Positions 25,964 through 36,446 are shown, counted from the stretch's first letter. The stretch: DNA of 64,000 nt from Candidatus Gastranaerophilaceae bacterium (GCA_965647125.1 CBFGCD010000001.1:186449-250448), one strand, 5' to 3'. The notes: generated from the sequence alone by a model not told the origin. Numbers and translations: made by a program.

Positions 25964-28267
25964 ATGATGAATAATATTAATTATCAAAATTTAAACACAA
26001 ACACACAAAACATTAATCCCGAACTTCGTAAAAGATTGGACGAAAATCAGGAAAATTATACCGCGCTTGATAAAGAACAGATAAAAGGTGACGCTGTTCA
26101 ACTTGCAAATAAAGCAAAAGAAAACCTGCAGGAGAATTTTGCATTTCGTTTCTTAAGAGGAATAGGCGTTAAAAATCCCAAAAAATTTACATCGATTACG
26201 CTTGCAATTGCAACGGTTATCGGTATGGCATTTGCAGGAAACAAGCTTGCTGCTCCGAGCGCAAAATTGGGCGAAGCGATTGATGGTGTTTTATTAAATA
26301 AATCAAATGTGTTAGGAAAAATATATGGAAATATTTCAGATTTCTTATCCAACACTAAAAAAGGAATTACTAATCAATTAACAAAAATCCCTGTATTTGC
26401 CGATATAAAAGATACCATGCAAAACAGAAAACTCTCAATGCAGGCTAACTGCTTCAGAGGTTACGAACGCGGTCCTGTCGGGATTTTTATCATGACATTA
26501 AACGATATAATGGAGCGTTCTGTTTTTGGTACAAGAAAAGCAGACGTTTCATCGATTTGTTCAAGTTTAGGGATTAAAACCGATGGCGCTTTGCCTGATA
26601 TTTCTGAGATTATGAATAAAGCTCAAGCTAAATTAGCAACTTTAACCGAAGCAAAAGAAATTGATGATTACAAAGAAGCGATACGTCAAGCTGCGGCAAA
26701 ATTGAACTCTATTCAAAGCGAAGATGCCGCTAAATTTGATGCAATAAAAAAATTGGTCGGCGATTCTAATGCGAAAAAATATTTTGATGGTCTTGCAAAA
26801 GGAATGAAATCAAATCAGGAACAAAAATTTTATGCCGAATTTATTAATGCTGTTGTTGATAATTTGCAAAATACCTGTCCCCAGCTTCAAAACAAAACAA
26901 AAGCAGAAATTCTTACCCTTGCAAAAAATAATAAACTTGTAAATTTTGGCGGGCCTGATGTTTCTCAATTTATTGGTATCAGAATGGGAAAACCTGCACA
27001 AACTTTATCTCAAAGGTTTACAAATTTTTCAACAAGTGCCGTAAACGGTTTTAAGAATTTACCTGCTGCAATTATAAATGCCGTTCATCATCCCTTGCAA
27101 ACGGGAGGAAAAGTAATAGGCATATTAGGAGGCAAATTCACTCAGGGAATTAGCAACTGGTGGCCTGCTACTGTGATTGAAGATGCGGGACGCATGATTC
27201 CGGGTAATAAAGATTGGGAATTTTGCAGAGGAAATCTGTTTGATTCATTGATTAAATTTGATGCAATGAATGGAACAGGTGCAAAAACGCTTCCGGGTAA
27301 AGTTGTCCAAAAGCTTCCGATTTTGTTTACCGAAGGTGTTTCAAACTTTGTTAATGATAAATCAGGCTTAGGTGTATTTCTTGCTCTAAACCTTGTGGGC
27401 TTATTTGATACAATTCAAGAAGCGCCTGATGACAAAAAAGTTTCAACCATTCTTGAAAATTTTGTAAATCAAAATGCAGGCTGGGCGCTTCAAAACCCTG
27501 TGACATATTCAATAATTTATAATGCCGCTACGTTGAAAAATCTTCAAGGAACAGGCTTCGGCTCAAAACTTTTAAGAATCCCCGGCAGGATTTTCGGTCT
27601 TGGTCTGGGTGCTAATAATGGACCCGGTGGAAAACTTAAAGGCATTATCGGCGGCGGTTTAAGATTTTTCTTATGGCAGAATGTAATTTTTCCAAAAGTT
27701 GCAAAAGTTATTGATAAAACTACAAAAAAAATATTCAATCCTTATGATCCGCAGGCAGCTGCACAACAAAAAGCATTTGAAGAACAAAAAAATACACTAA
27801 TTCCTGAACTGGGAGTTACACAGGGTGAACTTTTGGAAAAAATTCAAAAAAATCCACAAGCATTTCAAAAATTACAAAATAATCCCGAATTGTTAAAAAT
27901 ATTGGATGCTAATCCGAAATTGTTAATTGATTATTTAGACGGAAAAGATATTACAAAAATTTCTCAAACAAGCAGTCAAAAACCCGCAATGACCTTAAGC
28001 CCTTCGCTTGCCAACAGAATTAATCAACGCAAACAAAATAATTTAAATACCAATCCCGCACAACAGCAAATCCCGCAAGGAAATGCGCAAGCCTCCCAAA
28101 CACCTGCGCCTGCTGCGCAAAATAAAAATGTTGATACTGCAACTTATATTCCATCAAGCCAATTTGTTGCAAACAGCTCAACTTTAAGCGAAGAACAATC
28201 TGCTCGCTATAACGAAAAAATGACCGCAGCAGACAAAGCATTAAAACGTGCTGAAAAATATATTTAA
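25964..28267 (+). CDS. large orphan membrane-associated protein (767 aa)
   Basis: Long clean ORF. N/Q-rich N-terminus without a signal peptide. Hydrophobic segments ITLAIATVIGMAFAG, LGVFLALNLVGLF, GLRFFLWQNVIFP. Gly-rich GLGLGANNGPGGKLKGIIGGG. Q/N/P-rich tail. No family recognised. Confidence 0.6.
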   Translation: MMNNINYQNLNTNTQNINPELRKRLDENQENYTALDKEQIKGDAVQLANKAKENLQENFAFRFLRGIGVKNPKKFTSITLAIATVIGMAFAGNKLAAPSAKLGEAIDGVLLNKSNVLGKIYGNISDFLSNTKKGITNQLTKIPVFADIKDTMQNRKLSMQANCFRGYERGPVGIFIMTLNDIMERSVFGTRKADVSSICSSLGIKTDGALPDISEIMNKAQAKLATLTEAKEIDDYKEAIRQAAAKLNSIQSEDAAKFDAIKKLVGDSNAKKYFDGLAKGMKSNQEQKFYAEFINAVVDNLQNTCPQLQNKTKAEILTLAKNNKLVNFGGPDVSQFIGIRMGKPAQTLSQRFTNFSTSAVNGFKNLPAAIINAVHHPLQTGGKVIGILGGKFTQGISNWWPATVIEDAGRMIPGNKDWEFCRGNLFDSLIKFDAMNGTGAKTLPGKVVQKLPILFTEGVSNFVNDKSGLGVFLALNLVGLFDTIQEAPDDKKVSTILENFVNQNAGWALQNPVTYSIIYNAATLKNLQGTGFGSKLLRIPGRIFGLGLGANNGPGGKLKGIIGGGLRFFLWQNVIFPKVAKVIDKTTKKIFNPYDPQAAAQQKAFEEQKNTLIPELGVTQGELLEKIQKNPQAFQKLQNNPELLKILDANPKLLIDYLDGKDITKISQTSSQKPAMTLSPSLANRINQRKQNNLNTNPAQQQIPQGNAQASQTPAPAAQNKNVDTATYIPSSQFVANSSTLSEEQSARYNEKMTAADKALKRAEKYI

Positions 28268-29679
28268 TGCTTAACTTTTTCATGCTTATACGCTTTATGC
28301 GACATATATGATAAAACAGCGCAGATAATTCCAAAAATTACCGCCCATAAAATTGCGCAATGATAGCCGTTTAAAAATGCTGTTGTGTTGTCAAATCCTT
28401 TTGATAAATTCAATTGTTTAACATGATCAAAAATGCTGACAGAGATTGCTATTCCAAGCAGCATTCCGACATTTCTAAACATTGCCAAAATTCCCGATGC
28501 TATCCCCATTTTACCAGGTGGTGCAACCGAAACAATTAAAGCGTTAACGCTCGGCTGATAACATCCTGAACCCGCTCCGATTAAGCCTTGTGCGATAATA
28601 ATGTTGTAAAAAGTCAGTTTTTCCGTAGTTGTTAAAAACAAGATGTATCCTAAAATTATCAAAATTGTTCCTGTTGTCATAAGTATTGAGCTGTGGAGTT
28701 TTTTGGTCATTTTACCGTTTAATAATGCCATAATCATAAACATAATCGAAAAAGGCAAAATTAAAACCGCCGTCATTAAAGGACTTTCCCCTAATATATC
28801 CTGCGTATAAAAGGGAAACAATAAGGCGTTTGTAAACAAAGCAAAATAAGCGACCAAAAGCGCAAAATTTCCACACAAAAACACCTTTGATTTAAATAAT
28901 TCAAAATTGATAACAGGATAATCAATCCTTTTTTCTCTGAAATAAAAAACAACAGAAAATAAAATAAATAATATCGCTAAACAAATAATCCTTTTTGACC
29001 CCCAGCCCCAAAAATGCCCTTTGGCAATAACCAGAAGCATTGAAAGCGTTGCAATAAGCTGGTAAATCATTCCTTGATAGTCAAATTTAAATTCTCCTTT
29101 ATGAACAATTTCAGGAATAAATTTTAAGGAATAGTATGCTCCAAAAAGTCCGATGATGATACTCGGGATAAATATGGCGCGCCAGGTGACATAATGCATT
29201 AAAAATCCGCCAATCATCGGTCCTGACATTCCCGCAAGCGCCATTAAGGCTGTTGAAAACCCTAAAGCTTTCGCACGTTCGTTTCCTTTGAAAATTGATG
29301 AAATAATTGCATAATTATTTGATAATAAAATGCTTGCGCCAAGTGCCTGAATAATACGTGCAATAATTAGTGAAACCAAATTAAACGAAGCAATATTAAA
29401 TAAAGCGCCGAGCGCAAAAACAAGATATCCCGAAGTGTATAAATTTCTTCTTGAAATTAAATCGTTTAATTTTCCAAAAAGTGTCAAAAATGTTGATAAA
29501 ATTAAAATGTACGCGCTAACCGCCCATTGAGCACTTGTTATTGTTATATTGAAATTTTGTGCAATTTCAAATAATGCGACATTCATCGTATTTGAATCCA
29601 TCATCGCCAAAAAGCCACCGATTGCACTTACTGTAAAAATAATCCATTTTAATTTATGAGTTTCTTCGCTAAACATCAC
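28264..29679 (-). CDS. MFS transporter, DHA2 (14-TMS EmrB/QacA-like) family
   Basis: 471 aa, about 14 hydrophobic segments. GKLNDLISRRNLY (motif A-like), LIIARIIQALGAS, GPMIGG. Confidence 0.8.
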   Translation of the reverse strand: MMFSEETHKLKWIIFTVSAIGGFLAMMDSNTMNVALFEIAQNFNITITSAQWAVSAYILILSTFLTLFGKLNDLISRRNLYTSGYLVFALGALFNIASFNLVSLIIARIIQALGASILLSNNYAIISSIFKGNERAKALGFSTALMALAGMSGPMIGGFLMHYVTWRAIFIPSIIIGLFGAYYSLKFIPEIVHKGEFKFDYQGMIYQLIATLSMLLVIAKGHFWGWGSKRIICLAILFILFSVVFYFREKRIDYPVINFELFKSKVFLCGNFALLVAYFALFTNALLFPFYTQDILGESPLMTAVLILPFSIMFMIMALLNGKMTKKLHSSILMTTGTILIILGYILFLTTTEKLTFYNIIIAQGLIGAGSGCYQPSVNALIVSVAPPGKMGIASGILAMFRNVGMLLGIAISVSIFDHVKQLNLSKGFDNTTAFLNGYHCAILWAVIFGIICAVLSYMSHKAYKHEKVKH

Positions 29680-29806
29680 TAAAGCTTTCGTTTTTGTACC
29701 AACCTTTTGATATTAGCACTTTAAATTTTTGAATCAATGTTTTTCTTTTAAAAAATTTTGATATAGTATATATTATGGAAGTTATATGAAAAAGGATTAG
29801 AAAATT

Positions 29807-30994
29807 ATGTTTGAACAATATTTTTCAAAAAGAATTAAAAACACACCCTCGTCATTCATCAGAGAAATTTTAAAAGTTACACAAAAGCCCGAAATAATTT
29901 CTTTTGCTGGCGGATTGCCTAATCCTATTTCGTTTCCGCAAGAAGAATTGAAAATTTCAATGAATAGAATAGCTGATAAATTCGGCGCAAAAATTTATCA
30001 ATATTCAACAACAATGGGGTTGGAGTCTTTACGGGAATTTATCGTTGAACGTTATAAAAAAATCTGGAAAATGGATATAAATTTATCAAATGTCATAATA
30101 ACCACAGGTTCGCAACAGGCGCTTGATTTAATCGGCAAAGCATTTGTTAATGAGGGCGATAGAGTTTTGGTTGAAAAACCTTCGTATCTTGGGCTTTTAC
30201 AGGCATTTTGTTTATTTGAAGCAGATTTTATTGCAACAAAATTGAATGATGACGGACTTGACATTGAAGATTTAAAACAAAATTTAGATAAATATAATCC
30301 GAAACTTGCCTATTTAATCCCGAATTTTCAAAACCCGACAGGTCTAACATACAGTGTTCAAAACCGCAAAGATGTTTTTGAGCTTATAAAAGATAAAAAC
30401 ATGCTCTTAATTCAAGACGACCCTTATGGAGAATTGAGATTCAACGATGATGAGCCCCGAATTCCTTACATCGGCTTGAATGAATCCGATAAAAATATTT
30501 ATCTTGGGTCTTTTTCAAAAATCGTAACTCCCGGTATGCGCCTTGGTTATGTTATAGCGCACAGTGAAATAATTCAAAAACTTGAAACCGCAAAACAAGC
30601 TTCTGATTTGCATTCAAATATTTTCGGACAATATTTAATCTCAGATTATCTTGAAAATAATGACCTTGATAAACATATTGAAAAAATTAAAAAATTATAT
30701 AATGCACAAGCAGATACTATGGTTTCATCCATGGAAAAATATTTCCCTGCTGATATTAAATTTACCCGTCCGAAAGGCGGCATGTTTTCTTGGGTAACTT
30801 TAAAAGAGGGAAAATCTTCTGCGGAATTATTCAAAAAAGCACTTGAAAAAAATGTTGCTTTTGTTCCGGGCAACCCTTTTTATGTTAATCAAAACGTGGA
30901 TGTTAACACGCTTCGTTTAAATTATACAAATGCGGATTCAAAAACAATCGAAGAAGGGATTAAACGCCTAGCGCAAGCTTTAAATGAGGTTTAA
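29807..30994 (+). CDS. PLP-dependent aminotransferase (class I/II, 2-aminoadipate/aromatic type)
   Basis: SFAGGLPNP, TTGSQQALDL, IPNFQNPTG, DDPYGELRF, PLP-Lys in GSFSKIVTPGMRLGY, RPKGGMFSWV. Confidence 0.85.
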   Translation: MFEQYFSKRIKNTPSSFIREILKVTQKPEIISFAGGLPNPISFPQEELKISMNRIADKFGAKIYQYSTTMGLESLREFIVERYKKIWKMDINLSNVIITTGSQQALDLIGKAFVNEGDRVLVEKPSYLGLLQAFCLFEADFIATKLNDDGLDIEDLKQNLDKYNPKLAYLIPNFQNPTGLTYSVQNRKDVFELIKDKNMLLIQDDPYGELRFNDDEPRIPYIGLNESDKNIYLGSFSKIVTPGMRLGYVIAHSEIIQKLETAKQASDLHSNIFGQYLISDYLENNDLDKHIEKIKKLYNAQADTMVSSMEKYFPADIKFTRPKGGMFSWVTLKEGKSSAELFKKALEKNVAFVPGNPFYVNQNVDVNTLRLNYTNADSKTIEEGIKRLAQALNEV

Positions 30995-31000
30995 TTTTCA

Positions 31001-31031
31001 AAACCGATTGTTTATCTGCAGTCGGTTTTTG
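31001..31031 (+). terminator. rho-independent terminator after the aminotransferase gene
   Basis: AAACCGATTG-loop-CAGTCGGTTT (10 bp, one G.U) followed by TTTTG. Confidence 0.65.
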
Positions 31032-31080
31032 TTATATAATTAATTTATCGGAATTTAATTAAAAGTAAAGGAAAAATATA

Positions 31081-33549
31081 ATGCAGGTTTCTTATGAATG
31101 GCTTAATGAATTTGTAGATTTATCAGGAATTACTCCTGAAGAAATTGCGCATAATCTCACAATGTCGGGCTTAGAGGTTGAGGAAATTGAATATAAAAAA
31201 CCCTCATTTTCAAATATAAGAACTGCAAAAATAATCAAAATTGACAATCACCCAAACGCAGACAAACTTCATCTTGTGACTTTGAATTTGGGCGAAGCTG
31301 AAAAAGTTGTTGTTTGCGGAGCTCAAAATATTGAAGTTGGTCAAATTATCCCCTATGCTTCAATAGGTTCTAAAGTTTTGGACAGAAAAACAGGAGAACA
31401 GTTTGAGCTTACTCCTGCGGTTATCCGCGGAGTTGAATCACAAGGAATGTTGTGTTCTCAAGATGAACTTGGTTTATCGGACTTGCAGAAAGAAGACGGA
31501 ATCCTTATTTTAAACCGTTTATTTAATGATGATATCAAATTAAACCAGTCTTTAGAAGAATTATTGAACTTGTCTGATGAAATTATTTTTCATACAGCTC
31601 CAACTGCCAACCGCGGCGATCAAATGAGTGTTATCGGAATTGCAAGAGAGTTGAGCGCATTGTTTAATCGTCCTTTAAAATTTGAAAAACCAAAATTAAA
31701 AGAAGATAAAAAAGCAGATTTTGAAGTAGAAATTAAAAATGATGAAATTTGCAAATATTATAGCGTTGCAGTTTTAAAGAACCTTAAAATAAAACCCTCG
31801 CCTGATTTTATTCAAAGAAGAGTTTGTGCTGCCGGCATGCGTCCGATTAATAATATTGTAGATATTACAAATTATGTCATGCTTGAATTAGGCACTCCTC
31901 AACATGCTTTTGATTTTGATAAATTAAACAACTATCTTTGCGTTCGTTATGCACAAGACAACGAAACAATTGTTACGATTGACGAACAAGAGCGTGCGCT
32001 TGTAAAAGATGTAAGCGTTTTAATTGCAACAAAAGAAAAACCTGTCTGTATTGGCGGGGTTTTTGGCGGATTAAATTCTGAAATTGATGAAAATACTAAA
32101 AACATTGCTCTTGAAGCTGCATATTTCACTCCGCACACAAACCGTAAATCCGCACGCAGTGTCGGGTATCGTTCAGATGCCTCTGCGCGCTATGAAAGAG
32201 GAGTTGATATTGAAATGATTCGATATGCTCAATATCGCTCTATTGAATTATTAGAAAAATACGCTGATGCCGAATTTGTGGGAATTTCGCAAACAGGATG
32301 CGACAAAGCTCCCCAAATCGATATAACCTTAAGAAATTCTGAAATAAAAAGAATTATGGGACTTGAATTAGAGCAATCAAGACAGATTCAAATTCTTCAA
32401 AATCTTGGTTTTGAGCTTTTGGGCAAAAATGAACTTGCGGCAAAATTTAAAGTTCCAAGCTACAGAACAAATGATGTTTATCGTGAAATTGATTTAATTG
32501 AAGAAATTTCAAGAATTGTCGGTTTTGATAAAGTTGCTCCGGTTATTCCTAATATTTCCCAAGGTGCTGATATAACTTTTGATACAAAAACAATTAAAAA
32601 AATTAATGAAACAATGCTTGCACAAGGGTTTGATGAAATAATTACAAGCTCTTTAATCGGTGAAAATTTAGCTCAAAGCTTTTATCAACCTTTAGATAAA
32701 GAAAAAATGATTAAGGTTTTAAATGCACACAGCGATGATTTTTCGATTTTAAGACAAAAATTAATGCCCAGCATGCTGGAAGTTGTGAAAAATAATTTTG
32801 ATAACGGTAATAAAAATTTTAGACTTTACGAAGTCGGAAAAACATACGCAAGAACCGCGCAAATTACACAAGACTCTACAGGAGTGAAAGAAGAGCGGAA
32901 ATTAAGCGGCTGTATTTTTGGTAATGTAAATAATTCTTTATTTAATGCGCAAAATCCTGATTTTTTCACTTTAAAAGGCGTTTTAGAATCCTTATTTGAA
33001 AAATTAGGATTATCAAAAAGATTAGTTTTTTCTGTTTTTGATGATGATGACATTAAAAATAATGAATTTTTACATCCCGTTCAAAGTGCCTCAATTTCTA
33101 TTTTGGGTAAAAATAAAAATAAAATCGGCTATTTGGGAAAATTGCATCCGATTTTGGCGGATAAATTAAAATTTAATCAGGATTTATTTATTTTTGAAAT
33201 TAATTTAGAAGAAATAATTTCTTCTCTTGCGCTATCTGTTGCAAAATTTAAAAAACTTCCTGTTTTTGGTGCGGTTAATCGTGATATTGCAATTTTGGTT
33301 GATAAAAATACAACCATTGAAGAAATCAATAAAGCAATCAAAAAAACAGCAGATAAAAATATATTCAAATCATCAAAAGTTTTTGATATTTATACAGGTA
33401 AAGGAATTGAAGAAGATAAAAAATCTCTGGCTTTCAGAATCACACTTCAAGATGAAAATAAAACTTTAACAGATGAAACAATTCAAAACGAAATCAACAA
33501 AATCAAAGCAGGACTTGAAAAAGCGATTGTCGGTTTGAAATTAAGATAA
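31081..33549 (+). CDS. pheT: phenylalanyl-tRNA synthetase beta subunit
   Basis: 822 aa. MQVSYEWLNEFVDL start, tRNA-binding domain (HPNADKLHLV), B3/4 and B5 domains, C-terminal FDVYTGKGI...KSLAFRITLQ. No pheS adjacent. Confidence 0.92.
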   Translation: MQVSYEWLNEFVDLSGITPEEIAHNLTMSGLEVEEIEYKKPSFSNIRTAKIIKIDNHPNADKLHLVTLNLGEAEKVVVCGAQNIEVGQIIPYASIGSKVLDRKTGEQFELTPAVIRGVESQGMLCSQDELGLSDLQKEDGILILNRLFNDDIKLNQSLEELLNLSDEIIFHTAPTANRGDQMSVIGIARELSALFNRPLKFEKPKLKEDKKADFEVEIKNDEICKYYSVAVLKNLKIKPSPDFIQRRVCAAGMRPINNIVDITNYVMLELGTPQHAFDFDKLNNYLCVRYAQDNETIVTIDEQERALVKDVSVLIATKEKPVCIGGVFGGLNSEIDENTKNIALEAAYFTPHTNRKSARSVGYRSDASARYERGVDIEMIRYAQYRSIELLEKYADAEFVGISQTGCDKAPQIDITLRNSEIKRIMGLELEQSRQIQILQNLGFELLGKNELAAKFKVPSYRTNDVYREIDLIEEISRIVGFDKVAPVIPNISQGADITFDTKTIKKINETMLAQGFDEIITSSLIGENLAQSFYQPLDKEKMIKVLNAHSDDFSILRQKLMPSMLEVVKNNFDNGNKNFRLYEVGKTYARTAQITQDSTGVKEERKLSGCIFGNVNNSLFNAQNPDFFTLKGVLESLFEKLGLSKRLVFSVFDDDDIKNNEFLHPVQSASISILGKNKNKIGYLGKLHPILADKLKFNQDLFIFEINLEEIISSLALSVAKFKKLPVFGAVNRDIAILVDKNTTIEEINKAIKKTADKNIFKSSKVFDIYTGKGIEEDKKSLAFRITLQDENKTLTDETIQNEINKIKAGLEKAIVGLKLR

Positions 33550-33566
33550 GTTTTAAAATAATTTAA

Positions 33567-34196
33567 TTAAAATTTAAGCGCTTGAATAAAACCTGATGGA
33601 ATCGTTGGATTATAAGCTTTTTTATCAACAATTGTTAAAATAAGCTTGCTTGAAGCATGATGTGCTTTTTCATTTGTTGTTGAATAACATGCAAGAATCC
33701 CGACAACATTTTTAAAGGGAACATTTTTTACTTTTGCGTTAAATTTGATATAAGGAATATCTTTTCCGATTGAATGATAATTACCTTTTTGGACAATTTC
33801 AAAATCCTCAAAAGTTATAAAAGAATCTTTAAGCGTGTTTAGGATATCTTTAATTTTATTATCAATTTTTCCGTTTTTAAAATCTTCAACGCTTATTTTT
33901 TCTTCGTTTTTAAGGTCGCAAATTATGATTTTTTGTCCTGTCGGGAGATATTTCGCACTTATTTTTTTATAGCCGAAAATGTTGAAATTTCTTGATAATT
34001 GATAATCTGAGGGTACAAGCGAAAAATCAGCATAGTTTTTTTCGGTTTTTATAAATTCACTTCTTGATGGATTTTTATAATCATTTATTATTTTTTTGGT
34101 AAAAGTCCAGCCGCCGAAAGCAAAAAAAGCAACTAAAAGCAGAATAAAAATAATTTTATATAATAAATTTTTCAAAAAACTTTTCAAACATCCCAT
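33567..34196 (-). CDS. membrane-anchored hypothetical protein
   Basis: ATG 34196 with AAGGA SD 9 nt upstream. N-terminal TM LLYKIIFILLLVAFFAFGGW, then about 170 aa soluble domain of unknown family. Confidence 0.5.
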   Translation of the reverse strand: MGCLKSFLKNLLYKIIFILLLVAFFAFGGWTFTKKIINDYKNPSRSEFIKTEKNYADFSLVPSDYQLSRNFNIFGYKKISAKYLPTGQKIIICDLKNEEKISVEDFKNGKIDNKIKDILNTLKDSFITFEDFEIVQKGNYHSIGKDIPYIKFNAKVKNVPFKNVVGILACYSTTNEKAHHASSKLILTIVDKKAYNPTIPSGFIQALKF

Positions 34197-34381
34197 TTTA
34201 AATTTTCCTTTTGTGTCTTTATTTAACAATAACATAAAAATAAATTTGCATTTAAAATGTGTCTATAATAAACTTTAATTGTTATATTAGAAAAAATCGG
34301 TTATTTATTTCCAAATGGTTCTTAAAACCAGCCTTAACCATAGAGGTCAGGATTAAACCGAAATTGAAAGGACAAGAAACT

Positions 34382-35152
34382 ATGGCACAAGCTACTTTAG
34401 TAGAATTATTAGATGCAGGCGTGCATTTTGGACATCAAACGCAAAAATGGAATCCAAAAATGAAACAATATATTTTTGGTGCAAAAAATGGTATTTATAT
34501 TATCGATCTTAGAAAAACATCTGATTTGTTGGATAAAGCTTATGAAGCAGTAAGAAAAGTTGCTTCAATGGGCAGAAATGTTTTATTTGTCGGAACAAAA
34601 AAACAAGCAGTAGATGTTATTGCTCAAGAAGCAACACGCTGCGGCGGATATTACATCAATCGTCGCTGGTTGGGCGGAATGATGACAAATTTTGAAACAA
34701 TCCGCACAAGAGTCAATAAATTAAGAGAATTGGAAAGCTTCTTGGAATCGGGTGCTGCTAATAAACTTCCTAAAAAAGAAGTTGCGCAATTAAACAGACA
34801 AGTTTCAAAATTATCAAAAACATTGGGCGGAATCAAAGAAATGAAAGGCATGCCTGATATTTTAGTTGTAATTGATCAAAAGAAAGAATTAATTGCAATT
34901 AAAGAAGCAAATAAACTCGGTATCCCTGTTGTTTGTTTGGCTGATACAAATGCTGATACAGACGGAATTGACTATATTATCCCGGGAAACGATGATGCAC
35001 TTCGTTCAATTAAATTAATTGCTTCAAAAATGGCTGATGCTGTTTTAGAGGGCAAAGAATTAAGAGCAAACAATGCTAAAACAACAGGTAAAATTGAAAA
35101 AATTGAAGCAAAAGATGCAAATGCTGAAAATGCAGAAACTGTTGAAGCGTAA
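34382..35152 (+). CDS. rpsB: 30S ribosomal protein S2
   Basis: [27 protein letters not shown]..., [28 protein letters not shown]. The track start (34259) is far too early. Confidence 0.93.
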   Translation: MAQATLVELLDAGVHFGHQTQKWNPKMKQYIFGAKNGIYIIDLRKTSDLLDKAYEAVRKVASMGRNVLFVGTKKQAVDVIAQEATRCGGYYINRRWLGGMMTNFETIRTRVNKLRELESFLESGAANKLPKKEVAQLNRQVSKLSKTLGGIKEMKGMPDILVVIDQKKELIAIKEANKLGIPVVCLADTNADTDGIDYIIPGNDDALRSIKLIASKMADAVLEGKELRANNAKTTGKIEKIEAKDANAENAETVEA

Positions 35153-35181
35153 ATAATATTAGAATTAGGAGAAAAATAATA

Positions 35182-36057
35182 ATGGAAATCAAAGCATCAA
35201 TGGTAAAAGAGCTTAGAGATAAAACCGGCGCCGGAATGATGGATGCTAAAAAAGCATTGGTTGAAACAAACGGCGATATGGAAAAAGCTATCGAATTTTT
35301 AAGACAAAAAGGTATAGCATCTGCCGATAAAAAAATGGGCAGAATTGCGGCTGAAGGTACAATTGCTTCATTTATCGACGGCAAAAAAGGCGCAATGGTT
35401 GAAGTCAACTGCGAAACAGATTTTGTTGCTAAAAATGAAGATTTCAAAGCTTTTGCCGATATGATGGCTTGCGCTGTTGTAAAATTAAACCCCTCTTCAG
35501 TTGACGAGCTCCTTAAGATGGATTGCCCCGAATGCAAAAAACCGATTGAAGAAGTTGTTAAAGAAAAAATTGCTAAAATCGGCGAAAAAATCACAATCAG
35601 AAGATTTGTTAAATATGATGCAGGATGTTGTGTTAATACATATATCCACAATGGCAAAATCGGTGTTTTATTGGAAGCAAAATGCAATTCCTGTGATTCA
35701 ACTTTAACAAAAGATATTTGTCTGCATATCGCATCAAATGCTCCTGAATTTGTCAGCCGTGAACAAATCCCATCTTCTGTTATTGAAGAAGAAAGAAGAA
35801 TTGAAATGGGCAAAGAAGATTTAGCTAAAAAACCTGAAAACATTAGAGAAAAAATCGTTGAAGGCAGAGTTAATAAAATCATGGCTGAAAAATGTCTGCT
35901 TGAACAACCTTTTGTTAAAAATCCGGATCAAACAATTGCTCAATTAATTGAGGGTAAATGTGAAATCGTAAGGTTTGACAGATTTGTACTCGGTGAAGGC
36001 TTAGAAAAAAGACAAGACGACTTTGCTGCTGAAGTTATGAATCAAATTAAAGGCTAA
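35182..36057 (+). CDS. tsf: translation elongation factor Ts
   Basis: MVKELRDKTGAGMMDAKKALVETNGDMEKAIEFLRQKG (UBA-like), IAKIGEKITIRRF, HIASNAP. Downstream of rpsB. Confidence 0.93.
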   Translation: MEIKASMVKELRDKTGAGMMDAKKALVETNGDMEKAIEFLRQKGIASADKKMGRIAAEGTIASFIDGKKGAMVEVNCETDFVAKNEDFKAFADMMACAVVKLNPSSVDELLKMDCPECKKPIEEVVKEKIAKIGEKITIRRFVKYDAGCCVNTYIHNGKIGVLLEAKCNSCDSTLTKDICLHIASNAPEFVSREQIPSSVIEEERRIEMGKEDLAKKPENIREKIVEGRVNKIMAEKCLLEQPFVKNPDQTIAQLIEGKCEIVRFDRFVLGEGLEKRQDDFAAEVMNQIKG

Positions 36058-36086
36058 TAATATAAAATATTCAAACAAATTCTATA

Positions 36087-36116
36087 ACCCGCAACATTTT
36101 TTATGTTGCGGGTTTG
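36087..36116 (+). terminator. rho-independent terminator after tsf
   Basis: AACCCGCAACAT-TTTTT-ATGTTGCGGGTT followed by TGT. Confidence 0.75.
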
Positions 36117-36208
36117 TAATTCCGATGTCGTGGTGAATTTAGAAATGGAACACTGCATTGTGTTGTTATGCATTAAAAAATAATTTTGTTTTTTGAATAA
36201 TTTTTTTA

Positions 36209-36217
36209 TGTTATAAT
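36209..36217 (+). promoter_or_regulatory. extended -10 element TGTTATAAT upstream of the tRNA-Pro pair
   Basis: TGnTATAAT about 39 nt before the first tRNA. A TTGAAT 13 nt upstream has poor spacing for a -35. Confidence 0.3.
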
Positions 36218-36255
36218 AATTTCGTAAAATGAATTTTGACAATTAAATAATTTTT

Positions 36256-36329
36256 CGGGACGTGGCGCAGCTTGGTAGCGTACTACCTTGGGGTGGTAGG
36301 GGTCGCAGGTTCAAATCCTGTCGTTCCGA
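36256..36329 (+). tRNA. tRNA-Pro (anticodon GGG)
   Basis: Hand-folded cloverleaf: acceptor CGGGACG/CGTTCCG, D arm GCGC/GCGT, anticodon stem CTACC/GGTAG with loop TTGGGGT, T arm GCAGG-TTCAAAT-CCTGT, discriminator A. 74 nt, CCA not encoded. Confidence 0.9.
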
Positions 36330-36340
36330 TTTTTTATTTT

Positions 36341-36417
36341 CGGGATGTAGCGCAGCTTGGTAGCGCACCGTGTTCGGGTCGCGGGGGTCGCAAGTTCGAA
36401 TCTTGTCATCCCGACCA
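36341..36417 (+). tRNA. tRNA-Pro (anticodon CGG)
   Basis: Acceptor CGGGATG/CATCCCG, anticodon stem CCGTG/CGCGG with loop TTCGGGT, T arm GCAAG-TTCGAAT-CTTGT, discriminator A, CCA encoded. 77 nt. Confidence 0.9.
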
Positions 36418-36420
36418 TAA

Positions 36421-36446
36421 AAGGGAATTTTTTATAATTCCCTTTT
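36421..36446 (+). terminator. hairpin/terminator after the tRNA pair
   Basis: AAGGGAATT-TTTTAT-AATTCCCTT followed by TT. Confidence 0.55.

Noticed and set aside
31081-33549. pheT without an adjacent pheS
   Set aside because: Split pheS and pheT loci occur in many genomes. The gene looks intact, with its own upstream terminator and promoter-like TATAAT. Not remarkable.
35076-35882. 268-aa ORF antisense to tsf
   Set aside because: Leu/Ser/Ile-rich mirror image of a K/E-rich, well-supported gene. No SD and no motifs. A typical shadow ORF in AT-rich DNA.
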